A stretch of 64,000 bases of DNA from Pocillopora damicornis (GCF_003704095.1 NW_020843698.1:62001-126000), one strand, 5' to 3'; positions 36,701 through 50,000 are shown, counted from the first letter of the stretch. Notes: generated by a model not told the origin, from the sequence alone. Made by a program: numbers and translations.

Positions 36701-39700
36701 CTCATTGCAGATAGCAAATGGATGGAGTATTGTAACAGATGGATTCCATGTTGCTGTGCATCTGTTCAGTAATAGATCTCAGATGATGTCAAATTGCATT
36801 AAGAACAAAAGAGTGGCATGTGAAGCACAGCTGAGTGTGTCACTGGTGTTATTACAACATTTTCACATTTTCTGTGATCTGTTATGGTACAGACCCATGG
36901 CAAAATGGAATCTACTTGTTTTCCATGATAAAAAAGCAAGATGTTGTGGACCCTTTTTAACTCCCAAGATCTTATTAGTAATTCTCCTTATTGTCAGCCA
37001 TATAGTTCTTGTGATATTTTTGTGGAGAATTTGTTATTGGATCAACTAAGAATCCCCTATTTGTAATTAATATTTTTCTTTATTCTCATCACTTGTCTGC
37101 TTGATATTGTTTTGATTTTGTGAAGAGAAATTCTGTCTTGGTCACTCATAGGAGTTAAAGGGTTAATGGTAATGTCATTTATAGGTTATTGGTAACATAA
37201 TTTATACACACAATAACCTTGCTGTGATTGTTATGTTTCATAGGACTTACCTAAAAAACATCCTTTTTCCTTGCCCCACAATATATCGCACTACCCTGCT
37301 GCATGTCATTAATAGGTTAATGGCAACATCATTTATACTCATAGTAAACTTGCTGTAATTGTTTATGTTTCAGAGGACTCACCTAGGAAACATCCTTTTT
37401 CTTGCCCTGCTGCACATCATCTATAGGTTAATGATAACGTCATTTACACTCACAATAAACTTGCTGTGATTCTTATGTTTTCAGAGGACTCACCTAAGAA
37501 ACATCCTTTTCCTTGCCCCACAACATATCGAACTGCCTTGCTGCACTATGTAGACATTGCCAGTGTAGTAAAGACTCATGTGTTGAGAGAACTAGCAGAA
37601 TATGCCAAGGATTTTGAACACAAGGAGTTCCTCATGAACATTACTGATACAACAGAGGAGGCAAAGGTAGTTTCCTTTTTTTCACACCTTTGAATGAATT
37701 GTAATCATCCCCTGATTACACCTTATACAAATTCTCCAGGCTGTTCCTTTTTACATTTCCTAAGGTACTGACAAAGGGAATTTGTTTAACAGTCAAGATC
37801 TTTTGTTGTTGGTGATCATTTTGTTTATTCTTGTGACTTTAATGTGTGTTTCAGCAGGTGATATTGTAAGGAGAAATTAGATGCTAGTCACTCTTAGGGT
37901 CAAAGTGTTACAAGGTTGTAAGGATTACTCACTCTCTATTTGACTGGGGTGTATCCTACACCTCCATTCATACAATAAAAAAAATATTTTAGTGTTTGAC
38001 TGGGGAATGTTAAACCTACTTGCATTCATTCAGCCTTTACTTATAGTGAATAAAGCCAAATAGAAATAGTTGATTGCTTGCAAAGGTTGAAAAGGTATTT
38101 ATAAAATTTTTATTTCTCAATAGAAACAATATCAAGATTGGGTTCTTACTCCACACCGGCATGTTGTAGCTGTCTTAGAAGATCTTTCCTCTCTCAAGCC
38201 ACCTCTTGATCACTTGTTGGAGCTTTTACCTCGATTGCAGTGCCGTTACTACTCGATATCATCATCACCAAAGGTAAAATAACAAACACTTCCATTTGAA
38301 GTACTTATCATTAGTAGAGATTGTCTCTCTTAAGTTGGTGGGCGTAATAGTATTTGCTTTATGTTAACGTACAATTTTCATTGTATTGATGTTAAAGTTA
38401 CATGTATGTTTACTGACTTGGATGCTTTTGCTTTTCTTTGACAAGTCTGTATGTTGGTTGTAAGCATATGACACTTGGAGGTCAAAATTTGTTATCTAGA
38501 GTTTATAACATGGCTTTAGAGACTGGGTAGCTCAACAGTTAACACAATAGACCAGGTTGTTCTAAGCCAAGCTGGGTTAAGAAAACCCAGGGCTAGTGTG
38601 AAATTTTATTTCAGTTCTTAAAACTATGAAAGAAAATTTAGGTTAATCCCATTTTCCAACAGTTTGATGATTGACTGCTCTAAAAAGAATTGGGAAAATT
38701 ATCCCAAAATGGCTTTTGAACAGAGAAATATAGAAACCTGCATAGAAATTTAACNNNNNNNNNNNNNNNNNNNNNNNNNNNNNNNNNNNNNNNNNNNNNN
38801 NNNNNNNNNNNNNNNNNNNNNNNNNNNNNNNNNNNNNNNNNNNNNNNNNNNNNNGAACACCTACTATCAGGTCAGGGCTGTGGACTCTGGAGCAAGAGCT
38901 CTGGGTTCATGGGAGTGAAAGGGTTAGCCTGAGACCTTCTTAGACAATGAAGTAACTGTCTTCAGTTGATTATGATTTTGTTATGCATAGACTGCTAGTT
39001 TTCAGTTGGTTAGAAACAATCAACTTAATGTTCCCAAACATAAAGATTATATAATTTTGTTTGTCTAGTGAGTTGCATCAGTCTTTTTGTCTGAATGATG
39101 TGATATTGAAGAAATGTAAAATGGTTTCTGTGTTAACATAGCCTGATGTAAACACGCAGGAGGTTGGGAGAACATGAGATAAGTGTAGGAAACCATGACG
39201 CGATGGTTTCCAGCTTATTGAGTGTTCTCCCAACCTCCCAAGTGTTAACATCAGGCTATGTAAACATGGAAACCATTTTACATTTCTTTTATAAAATAAC
39301 TAATGAAAGAGGAACAAAAACTGTATTTACATATGCTCATGTAAAATGGTTTTATGGCCAATCAGAGTGCACATACTATTTGAATTATTTTATAAACAGC
39401 TGTACTTGCTACACTCTTTCATGACAACTGCAAGGTTAAAATCCATCTTTAACAGTTGCTTAATGGTTTATCTTGGGAACTATCACCAAAACAATTCAAC
39501 TGATCATATTGAATGATTAGCCCTTTCACTCCCAAGATCTGATTGTTTATTTTCCTCTCCAGCTGCTACAAATATCCTTGTAAATTTGTTACAAGAATTT
39601 GACATTGGACCGAGATAAATTCTTTTTGATTAGTTTGAGAATTCTCATTATCTGTTTGCTGCATAATGTATAGATATTATGGGAAGAAGTTACAAGTTAG

Positions 39701-41392
39701 TAACTTAAAATTGGAAGTTTAGGGGTTAATTAGATATGTCTGTCTTAAGACTATGTTAAGTGAGGAAGTGGCAACCTTTATTCTTCAGGAAAACAAATTG
39801 GTGACATGGAGTTGTTCTTTGGCTGCCGCAAAAAAAGTGAAGACTACATCTATGAGGATGAACTGTCGTCATATACACAAGATGGTACCATTTCAAAATT
39901 GCATGTGGCTTTTTCCAGAGATCAGGTAATTTCTTATTATGGTGCTGTCTATTGTCTCATGTCGATTAGGCTAATTTACCTTACACAAATTCATTAGAGG
40001 TATTTAAACTGCTACATCACAACGTCAGTATACATATTCTCTGTACTCTTCTCTATACATTTGCTAAGGTGCTGATAAGGAGAATTTGTTTTGTAAGCAG
40101 AGCCTCTTTAGTTGGTGATCATTTCCTTTATTCTTGTGATGTGATTGTTTGATTCAAGGGTGATATTGTGAGGAGAAATTAAATAATAATCACTCTTAAG
40201 GGTCAAAAGGTCAAAGAACAAGACTGGTAGCTTATCCTCATATGCTGAGTGCAGCCAAGGAGAGCAGCTGGGTGTAATGTTTTTTTCACTTTGCTTTTAT
40301 GTTATATTTACAGGAGAAGAAGGTCTATGTTACCAATCAAATGACAGAGAATAAGGAGAATATTTGGAACATATTAAATAGTGGAGGCCACATCTATGTT
40401 TGTGGGTAAGGAACTTTTATTTGAGTGATATCACAGTTTGAGAAAAAGCAAATCAACTCAAAATGAAAAATCAGCAAATCAAAGTGCTGTAATTCTAATA
40501 AGTTGGACCTGATGTCAAAGCTTTTTTATATAAATGGACCACACAAATTTGGGAATCAGTTGGAGTTGGGTACAATTTTGAAAACAAAATGATAGCAACA
40601 AACTATGAATAACTGATGACAAGAGAAGATTTGATAAAAACTACCAAAGACAATCCATGGTAACTTTTCTCAGCTCAAGCTTGCATTGGTGATTGCAATT
40701 ACACTTACAAAGATTGGCCAATGAAAGGAGCATTTTAGGGTGTTGTTTCAAATTATATGTATAGTAATTTACAGATCTCTATCAGTTGTTATTAGTTATT
40801 ATTAGTATTTACATATTTCTATTATAAGTTATTACTCAGGCATTTTGATTGGTTCTTACTCATGATCTGTTGGAGGACAGATGCATAGATAATCTCACCA
40901 TTAAAAACAATTTGCTTTTTTCATCATATGAAACAAATAGAGTCAATGTTGCAGTGGTTCTGTTCAGTAATTTATCACACAAGACATCAATATTTAGTGA
41001 GAATGTCAATGACACATTTAGCTCTGTATGGTGTGCTACCCTTCTGTTCTTGCCACATTTTGAGGTCATATTTGACCTATAAAACAGACAACATGCAATC
41101 TATTTTTTTCATTAAAGAAGGTTTTGTCGATTTAGTTTGATTTTATGGTATAAGAGTAATGCATTAGACTCACCAAGATGTAAGTAATTTGGGAAAAAAT
41201 AGGAAGTACATGATCAACAGTTTAACTATTCAACTTCTATGTTTTAGTGATGCTCGAAACATGGCACGTGATGTGCACAACATACTGCTGACAATCGTCA
41301 AGGAAAATGGTAGCATGTCTGAAAATGAGGCAGCTGATTATGTAAAGAAACTCAGTGCAAAGGGAAGATACTCAGTCGATGTTTGGAGCTAA
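30762..41392 (+). CDS. POR: NADPH-cytochrome P450 reductase; internal exons missing at the 38755-38854 gap
   Basis: Exons 30762-30910, 31288-31345, 31440-31568, 31890-32039, 33169-33293, 33477-33563, 33934-34050, 34164-34280, 34563-34681, 37485-37666, 38124-38273, [gap], 39789-39925, 40314-40405, 41248-41392. N-terminal membrane anchor; FYGSQTGTAEEFA; ATYGEGDPTDNA; FGLGNKTYEHYN; RYYSISSS; LFFGCR; YVCGDARNMA; C-terminal DVWS. Confidence 0.97.
32151..32519. mobile_element. Tc1/mariner-type (pogo-like) MITE with a TA TSD
   Basis: TA|CAGTTGAACCTTGATTATCTG ... CAGATTATGAGGTTTGACTG|TA: imperfect TIRs, in POR intron 4. Confidence 0.6.
35080..35543. mobile_element. Non-autonomous hAT-like DNA transposon with 12-bp TIRs and a 5-bp TSD
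   Basis: CAGGGCGTGAAA (35080-35091) and TTTCACGCCCTG (35532-35543) form a perfect TIR pair, flanked by AAGTA at 35075-35079 and 35544-35548. Confidence 0.8.
36240..36635. repeat. Tandem duplication of about 200 bp in POR intron 9
   Basis: CCCCTGCT(G/A)GTATATCTTTAC...GATGCAGCAATGTC...GAAATTGCT begins at about 36241 and again at about 36440. Confidence 0.85.
37165..37545 (+). repeat. Three tandem copies of the POR intron 9/exon 10 junction; the first two are decayed
   Basis: CTTGCTGT(G/A)ATT..ATGTTTCA..GGACT(T/C)ACCTA..AAACATCCTTTT..CTTGCCC occurs at about 37218, 37349 and 37460 (the real junction). Confidence 0.85.
39109..39288. repeat. About 180-bp near-perfect inverted repeat (foldback element)
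   Basis: AAGAAATGTAAAATGGTTTC..ACATAGCCTGATGT..GGAGGTTGGGAGAACA pairs with TGTTCTCCCAACCTCC..ACATCAGGCTATGT..GAAACCATTTTACATTTCTT. Confidence 0.85.
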
Positions 41393-43226
41393 ATTGTAGA
41401 TAACCAGCCATTCCTATTGCAACATGGAATGTATGACTATTTTTTCAACACAGAAGGATAAACATCATACGTGCTTCTTTTTTTTTTGTTTTGTTTTTTT
41501 TTTTAATATAGTTTTTTGCTAGATTTGAAACGATTAGGAAATTGTTTTGAGGAATTTTATTTACGTTCCAAGAGCACTCTCTAAGTATGTTAGCCCTTTA
41601 ACCCCTAAGAGTGATCAGCATTCAGTCTCTCCTTGCAATGTCATCCCTAAATTCAATGTGAAGGTCATAAGAATGAGGAAATGATCACCAAGTGAAAAAG
41701 CTTGTGATTGTGGAACATGTTCTCCTTGTTAGGTCCTGAGGAAATGTATAGGGAACTGTATGGAGAATATGCATACTGATGTTAGGGTGTGAAGGGTTAA
41801 GCCAAATTATTCTTTTGTTAATTTAGATATGAGGCACATACAGGTTTGCACATACTTTTCAAAAATATATGAAATAAATAATATTTAAACCAGGTCCTGT
41901 GGATGATGTGTGACAAATTGATCTTACTCAAAGGTAAACTTCAATGAAAAAAATTATTGCTGTAAAAAGGAACTCGGGCTTTGCTGGGGCCAGAATTTGT
42001 GTAAGGCAGAATTTCCTTTTCGCAGTTTACCTGGTAGAATTGCAAAAGCTCATTTTAAAGAAATCTAAAGATCTTGATTCTTTTTGCTTTCATGCAATTT
42101 TTCTGATGAATACCTCTGAAGTCAAAATTTCACATCCAATTGAAATCTTGAGAAAACAATTCTCTTTTCTTAGAGCAAGAAGTGTTAACCCTCAGAAATT
42201 TTCCAATAGTATTTTTCACAAAAGAATTAGTTAGTCAGTTGCCTGTATTTATAAGGAATAGAAGATGTTAGGACACATGCATGCTGGAAAGGACACATTT
42301 TTCTGCAGTTTGAAGGGCAGGAAAGTTCAAAGATATACAAATCAGAGCATGACTGGAGTTGAAGCATGTTTTTTGAACAAAAATTTTTAAGGTCCAAGAG
42401 AACTTTGAGTGTGAAAATTTTCCTAATGAGCATATTTTAAGATGATGTCTAAACTGGCTGAATCACTCTGCTCACAAGAAGTTTACATAAACTGTTTAGG
42501 GGCAATTTGTCACCTGAACTGTTGCAAAATTTCCAATTTGATGTTGAGTTAATGATTATATATATTTAATCTGTATCAAAATAAACAGTCCATGAGAGAG
42601 TGATGTAGTGAGGTAGTGATTTAGTGATACAGTTGTTGGGTAGCTAACTGAATAAACTGCATTCTCAGAAATTAGGGGATGAAGTCCCTTTGAACAAGGA
42701 AATTCCAAACTCTTACTTTATTATATGTAATTCCTTTGGTACAACAGACCCAAAATTGCCCTTTGTACTTGCCCAAAACACCAGTGAATCAACACCCAGT
42801 TTGGCTACATTTATCCCATTTATCCCTTTCAATCCCAAGATCTCAATTAGAAATTCTCCCTTTAAGTGTGATATACATTTTCCATGATTTTATTTCAGAG
42901 AATTTGGCATCAGATCAAAAAGTAATCCCCTAGTTGATATTTCACTTCATTCTCATCACTTATGTGTGTGATATAGCATTGAAGTTGTTGGGAGAAATTG
43001 TGTCTTGATCACTAGGTGATGGGAAAGGGTCAACTCCTCTAAGCAACATCATCTTGTAAATAAATTGTAAGGTACAAAACAATAAAAATAATGACCTATT
43101 TTATTTGTAGATCTTAGCAATACTTCAAAACTAAAAGACAAATTTCTAAATTTTTCATGCATTTCAATAGATATCTGTCAATGGCAGATTATGACAGGAA
43201 GGTACTAAAATATAAATATATTTTGC

Positions 43227-44669
43227 TTATAGTTCCACATGATCTTGTTTTGGGCCACTAAATTCTTCATGGGAAATAACACCATCTTTATCCTTGTCTT
43301 CATTCTCAAATATTTCTGATAAGATGGTTTCACGATGGGTATCATCTTCATTTGGAAATCCATCCTGTTCCTCTAGATACTTTTTTACTTCTTCTATGCT
43401 AAGTTCCTTGTTTTTATCTTTATCAATCATGCTAAACACATTTGGATAAGCCTCGGACTCTTTTTCTCCATCATTTTTTATTTCCTTTAGTTCAACATCG
43501 AAAAGCAGATTAGCCCCTGGAGGGATCACATCATCAACTCCTTCATTTCCATAGCCTGTGCAAAATTAAATATATTTAAATCAGTACATAAAACACATCT
43601 ATGCCAGTTTGAATGATTAACAGGGTAATTTCTCTGATATGCGATGAACCCCTCCGGGTTCAATTTAGCTGGGTTCTACCGAACAGTTGGATGCAAAAAA
43701 TTGCAACTTTCAACCCCTCTAAACTTGAACAAAGCAAAAAGTAGCAGAATATTCTTCTGTTTGATGACAAAAGCTCCCCCCCTCCACATCATATCAATTC
43801 TCCCCACTAATACATTCAAATAAATTGCAGAGATGGGAGAATTACTCATAAGATCATGGAATGCGTGATACACAAAAGGACAGTAACAATGATGTCTCTG
43901 TAGCTTATGTGACTCGGTTGAAATATGATCTGATAACTTGAAGAAAGACACGTAGAAATTTCAAGAAATCTGCTTTATTCTGATAATATCTGCTGATTGC
44001 TGTTTTCAAAATTTGTATTTAATGCTGGAAAGTAGATTGGTAATGGCTCTGTGCTCAGTCATCCCCATCTTGAAAAATGTTTACAAAGATCGTAGAAGAT
44101 GGTAGCGTATTTAAAAGCACTCGTGGACGTTTGCATAATTTATAACAAAGGCAGCTTTGTGCGTTCTAGAATTTTTTGAAATTTCTGTTAAGATATGTCA
44201 TTCTAAGCACTGGAACATAATGCTGACAGGGATTTTTCCATAAAATCTTCCTTCTGATAAATTGCCAAGTTCTTTCGATATTTATGATCGGACATTATTT
44301 GCTAAATACCTATAGCGGTGGATACCAATCGCGTAAAAACTTACCCAGGTATGATGGAACCCTAAGTTTTCTTTTCTCCCCAACACACATATCCTGCAGT
44401 CCTTTCTCCCAGCCTTGGATTACCTGGCCTCTTCCCAAGATGAAATCAAAGGTTCGTTGGCGTTTGTGGCTGGAGTCAAACACTGACCCATCTTTCTCAA
44501 GGCGGCCTGTGTATTCCATCGCAAGATAGTCACCATCCTTTGTTTTACGCGTGCATTCCTCTGGTTTGTATACGACTTCGATTGTCACTCCGTTCTCTTC
44601 CCCACTACACAGTGTGGAAACAAAAGCAAGCAACACCAGCAGGTTAATCCACTCCGTGAACCACATCAT
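43227..44669 (-). CDS. FKBP14: ER-luminal FKBP-type peptidyl-prolyl isomerase with two EF-hands (FKBP14/FKBP7-like), 2 exons, about 217 aa
   Basis: Exons 44345-44669 and 43227-43555 (phase 1). Signal peptide; FKBP motifs YTGRL..DGSVFDSS, GQVIQGWEKGL, MCVGEKRKL, IPPGANLLFDVEL; EF-hands DKDKNKELSIEE and DKDKDGVISHEE; C-terminal HVEL (HDEL-like). Confidence 0.92.
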
Positions 44670-45063
44670 TAGGAAGTACTGGTCGACACTACCGCAAATA
44701 ATTCGAAATTATTGTTCAACTTTGATTTTTATATGCTTCGGTCCCAGTTTCCCTAGTCATGACTTGGCCGGGTACATGGCCCCGGGATCAAACCTAACTA
44801 TTTTAAGCGGGTGGATGTTTAAAATTAAGGCACCGCCGTGGTAGTCAGCGTTAGACGGGAGTATACTCAATTGGAGAACCTGTACAAAATTCCAGACACG
44901 AGAATTTTTCCCTCATGTGCATTTATCTTCAAGTACGTTCGATTTTGCTTCCTGCAATTCCGTAGTACCTGTCATAATTTCCCACCTCAAAGGAGGCAAT
45001 TTTTGAAAACAAAAACAAGGTAAACGATAACAACAATGCAGTTGTCGAAGGCGGTATCGCTGT

Positions 45064-45685
45064 CACCAATAAGATTCAGTGGCGTATGTAGCTCGCACCA
45101 ATCAGATTGCGCCAGGTATGCTGATGGCACCAATATGTAACGTCGGGTATGCTGCTTGTTCCAATCAAATTTCTCAGGGTATGTTGCTTTCACCAATCAG
45201 ATTGCGCTGGATATGCTCCTGACACCAATCATATCGCGCCGTGTATGCCACTCGCACCAATTAGATTGCGCTAAGTATGCTACTGGAACCAATCAAGTTG
45301 CGCCGTGTATGCTGCTCGCACCAATTAGATTGCGCAGGGTATGCTGTTAGTACCAATCAGATTGCTCCGGGTATGCTACTCGCACGATCAAACTGCGCAG
45401 ATATTCTGCTCGCACCAATCAGGTTGCGCTGTGTATGCTGCTCACACCAATCAGATTGTGCAGGGTATGCTGTTAGTACCGATTAGATTGCGCCGGGCAA
45501 GTTACTCGTACCAATCAGATTGCTCCGGGTATGCTACTCGCACCGATCAAACTACGCAGATATTCTGCTCGTACCAATAAGATTACGTAGTGTATGTTGC
45601 TCGCACTTGTCACATGCGCCGGATATGTAGCCCGTATCAATCAGATTGCACCGGGTAAGTTGCTCGCACCGATCAGATTACAACA
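45064..45685. repeat. 32-bp minisatellite, about 20 units, consensus approx. CACCAATCAGATTGCGCCGGGTATGCTGCTCG
   Basis: CCAAT at 45066, 45098, 45130, 45161, 45193, 45225, 45257, 45289, 45321, 45353, 45415, 45447, 45511, 45574; the remaining units are degenerate. Confidence 0.95.
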
Positions 45686-47005
45686 AAAAATTATGTCGCT
45701 CTCAGCATTGGGGCCTGTTGTAATTTGTAAAGTATAAAACAAATTGCTGCCAACGTTCGAAGATAACTTTTGTCTCCCGAGTATTTAATTGAAATGCAGT
45801 GATACCTGTTGGGTGACAACGCTACTTCACGATTAATGGCAGGGTTATTTATTTAGCCTTGTTGTTGCCCATTTTGGAGAAAGTTAAAAAAATCAGTAAG
45901 GTAATATTTACTTTCCGCATCAGCGGCCGCATTAAATACCCGTCTCTTTGCTTTTGGAAGTTTAAACAGTATTTTTCCAAAGTTGGTCACTCTAAATTAG
46001 GCTTTTCGCTAAAAGTGATCAATTTACAGCAAACGACCTAACCTTAACAGCATAATCTAGCCCTACTGGAAAAAATTTACATGGCCCAAAATGCTACTGT
46101 CAGTTTTCAACTCAATCCTCACGCGCTTTGACGTTTCCTACAATCAAATTAGCTTTTAGCGATCTTGGAAGTTACTCCATTACGCGTCAATTCCTTGTAA
46201 ACAACCTGAATTTTATTACGTATTTCCTACGCAGAGGGCAAAGTCCAGAAAGGCAACAACCAATCATAAGGCCCACGTGGTTATTCTATGTAAAAGCCTT
46301 TGAGATATGATGCTTTTCCCTTCTTTGAAAGAACGGTGGAAGGCGTGGCATATTTGCAGGTTGTTTCTATCATGGTTCTACAAATAACAGAGTCGATAGG
46401 CCACGCAATACCTTCTCTCCGAGGTTATTTTCAAATAAATTTTCTCCCTCTTTTATTGTGAAGTAACGTGATTTTTGTTTTCTTTGGAATGCTTTGAAAG
46501 CCAAAGCCCTTTTTCTTTTCCAAAAATGAAAACATCTGTTACACAGTAGGCCATCCCAACCCACCCATCCCAAAAAGGTTACAGGATCAATGTCAGTATC
46601 TGATCAACTGCGCACCTACTCCTCCCCCAACCAGTTCGCTGTTGTTGGGTTAGGGGAGGGGTAAGTGCTCAGTTGCAAATTACTCTTGCATATGTAGCAT
46701 GCCTATGTTACGTTTAAAGTATTTAAGATTTAGAAGATACGGATTTCACGCGTTGAAAAACACAAAAGTATAGTAACATCTATCATCCTTCAAAGACCTT
46801 TGCCGCTTCCGATTTCATTCTCTATTTTCCATTTCCCGATTTCAAGTGATAATAGAACTTTCTGATAATAGGGTAAACAATTTTATTTAGTCACAAATAA
46901 TACACAGTCAAACGATTTCCACGATGCTTGGAAATCTTCGAGGAAGATAAAATACTTTTTTACATTTTTACAGTGCGTGATATTATTTTTTTTTTCCATG
47001 AAGAT

Positions 47006-50000
47006 TTACATGGAATGCTTAACGACATGGGCCGCTTCCACCACAGTAGGGCCTGATCTTTTGATGCGGGGGTCAGTTACCGGTATGGCCAGCCTGTAAA
47101 AGAGAGCGGATTACTGCAATTTCAATGCTGTGTTAGAAATAGCCTGGAAATTTAATGGTTTTCCTCTGCCCTATGATAAGTCGAAGAAAATCGTACCACC
47201 TGTCCAACCAATCAGATGCAAAACTAAATCCAGCCGCGACTCATACCAGAGTTCTCATTGGCTGCTTGCCATATTTTCCTACCACGTGATTGACCCTTGG
47301 GATTACTTTGGCCTAGATCGAAAACATTCATCCACAATACGTTTTCTTCCGTTTACTTTGGTATGATTTAATGCCACACACACTTACACATACACATAAA
47401 AAGCAAAAACAAAAACACACCTGACGTTGGTTTTGCTATTGACAATAAAAAGCGGGTTGTATTGACTAAGTATCTCGTCGTTCACGGAAATTCCTGAAAA
47501 TGAAGACAAAACGCCCATATCAATACACGGTCCATGATCTATATATGTGAAAATAGGAAGAGATTTCTAACTCTGTAAACTCGGTCCCTGAATAAAATAT
47601 CAAGAGTTTACTCTCAATATTTGTACAAGATAGGATTGCGTGAGAACCAGCGTGTTCTCGACAACTCAGCATGTTGATACTTCTGGATCAAACGCAAAAT
47701 TAGAGCTTTTTCAAAGACGAACACTCACCATCTAAGTACTGTTTGAGGACAGCCCTGAGTTGCTGATTTTCTTGGAGAAGGGTGTGCTTCTCTTTATCAA
47801 GAGCTAACTTATCAAGTAAAACCTAAAAATAACATGACTGATGATAAGTAACTGATACTGCAACAAATTCAACCTCTAATTTCAAACATTAGTACAACTT
47901 TCATTTGTATCCAAAATAATCTGAGATTGCATTGGTTGTAATTTTCTCCGCAGTTCCTGAAAATTCGTGCTATCTTCAACCAATCAGAAACAAAACTTCC
48001 CCAATCCCGACTCGGTGTGCCGCGTTGTTCTGCGCTTCAAAGAAATTTTCAACTGAGTGTCAAAGGCAATCCGACATTGCATTGAGTTTGCTTTACTTCG
48101 CTCTGACCAGGTTCGAAAACTTGCGTCCGGGGCTTGCGTCACTAACTCCACCAATGAGATTCAAAACTAATGTTAATCAAGACCTGGTCGCCCGCGTTTT
48201 CCCGCGCTATAGGCAGTTTGGTTGTTTTAACTTTGAGTTCTCATTGGCTCTTTAAGGTATCTTCCTTTCTTCTGATTGGCTGTCGTTATTACTTTGGTTT
48301 TAGTTTGACGACACGTAATCGAAAAGCCCTTCATTATTCTCTCTTTCTATGATTCGCTGTGGGAATTGCTTTCGTTTTAGTTCACCGACACCTTATAAAA
48401 AAGCGCTCTAGGTACTGCTTGACTTTTGATTCCAGCCTGAGGCCTTTTTTTGGGCTTTACAAATTGGTAGGGCGAAGATCAATTTCTTACCTTGTTGTAC
48501 CTCTTCCAAAAGTTCTCTAATGCAGAATACTCATGTAGAATCTGATAAAGAATCATTCAATATAGTTAGAACTTAAACAGAAGAGAGCCATCCATTTTAA
48601 TTTTGCAGTTATTAAATGGGCACCGTCCAAATGCGATAAAACAACCGTGACACAATCCCCAGTGGCTCACGTGCCTCAGTTTTGTTCTCACCACATTTTG
48701 ACTTCATCTAAGATCTTGGACTGAAAAGACACACGATAAATGTGAATCTAGTTATTAATAAGTAATCTAGATTTACATTGGTTTTGCTACACTCTGCTCT
48801 GTGATTGGTCTAAAAAAACTCGCGCGACCCTCTCAATCAATCAGACGCAAAATTAAAAAAAAAAACCCATCATGACTTGGTCACCCACGTTCTCCCGCGT
48901 TTGAGGAAGTGTGCCTGTATTTACGTTTGAGTTTGTTCTTCTGATTGGCCATTCTACAAGCCTAACTTTTTTTTAAACAACAATTGATCAAGAGGACAGA
49001 TGAACGTTCAAACTGCGTATTTTGTTACCTCGGCAAGTGGCTCAGAGGGTGCTTCCTGCATAGCGGCGGCCACGTCATCTTCCTCTTCTGGCAAAAGTGA
49101 TGACACATAGAAAGGCAACACCTTCTCGGCCTCTGTTTCCAGTTTCCGGCACATTTCAGCCAGCTTTAGGATAAATTCACCCTAGAAACGTGAAGGGGAC
49201 TTTAATCTGTATTCTAAACAGTTAAATTTAAGACTCATCGGGTATTTGCCAGTTTTAATTAAATTCATACTACAGAAAGAAAGATGGCGAAGGAAAGAAA
49301 GACGCTGTTTGTGTTGTCATGAGCTTGGGACGAGTTTCCATGAGAAGTCGAACCCAAGACTTTTAGATTCCGCGCTCCGATACTCTGTCACTGAGCTTAA
49401 GAGACGATTGAGTGACCTAAGTGATTACTAGTTTCATCTGTGACAAACATCAAGGATCACCGATATCGAAAGCATCGTATGAGCAAACAGAACTTTATAT
49501 ATGGCAAATTTGGAACTTACATGAGTAAAAAAGAAATACCAACTGCCAAGATAAGTAATGTCTCAAGACCCAAAAAGGGCTCTCAACCCCCTTTCCCCCC
49601 CCCCCTTATAAAAAGGTAAGATATTTACCCTTTCTTTGGTCTTTGTAAGTTCTTTTATGGCTGCATTGCTTTGAAGTGTCAGCTGGGTCAAACGTGATCT
49701 ACGGGAAAAACGGAACAAATTTAAAAGAACTCAATTACCAAGTTTTTAGCCAAGCCTACATCGTGATCTGAATCTGGGTTTTTCACCCTACATTGTCTCT
49801 TTAACCCTTTGACCATTAAGAGTGATTAGCAACTAATTTCTCCCTATGATATCACCCTTGAATCAGACATCAAAGTCATGAGAATAAAGGAAATGATCAC
49901 TAACTAAAAAAGCTCTTGACTGACGACAAAATTCTCCTTGTCAGCACCTTAGGAAATGTACTGAGAGCAGTATAGAGAATATGCATACTGATGTTAGGGC

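Noticed and set aside
44830-44880. ERSE (CCAAT-N9-CCACG) in the FKBP14 promoter
   Set aside because: CGTGG and ATTGG are present but about 28 nt apart, not 9.
45156-45580. Repetitive ORFs (e.g. LLAPIRLRRVC) as a coding gene
   Set aside because: A 32-bp unit is not a multiple of 3, and the same peptide motifs rotate through all three frames, so the ORFs are by-products of the satellite.
45064-45685. CRISPR array
   Set aside because: The units are contiguous 32-bp degenerate repeats with no unique spacers, there are no cas genes, and the context is eukaryotic.
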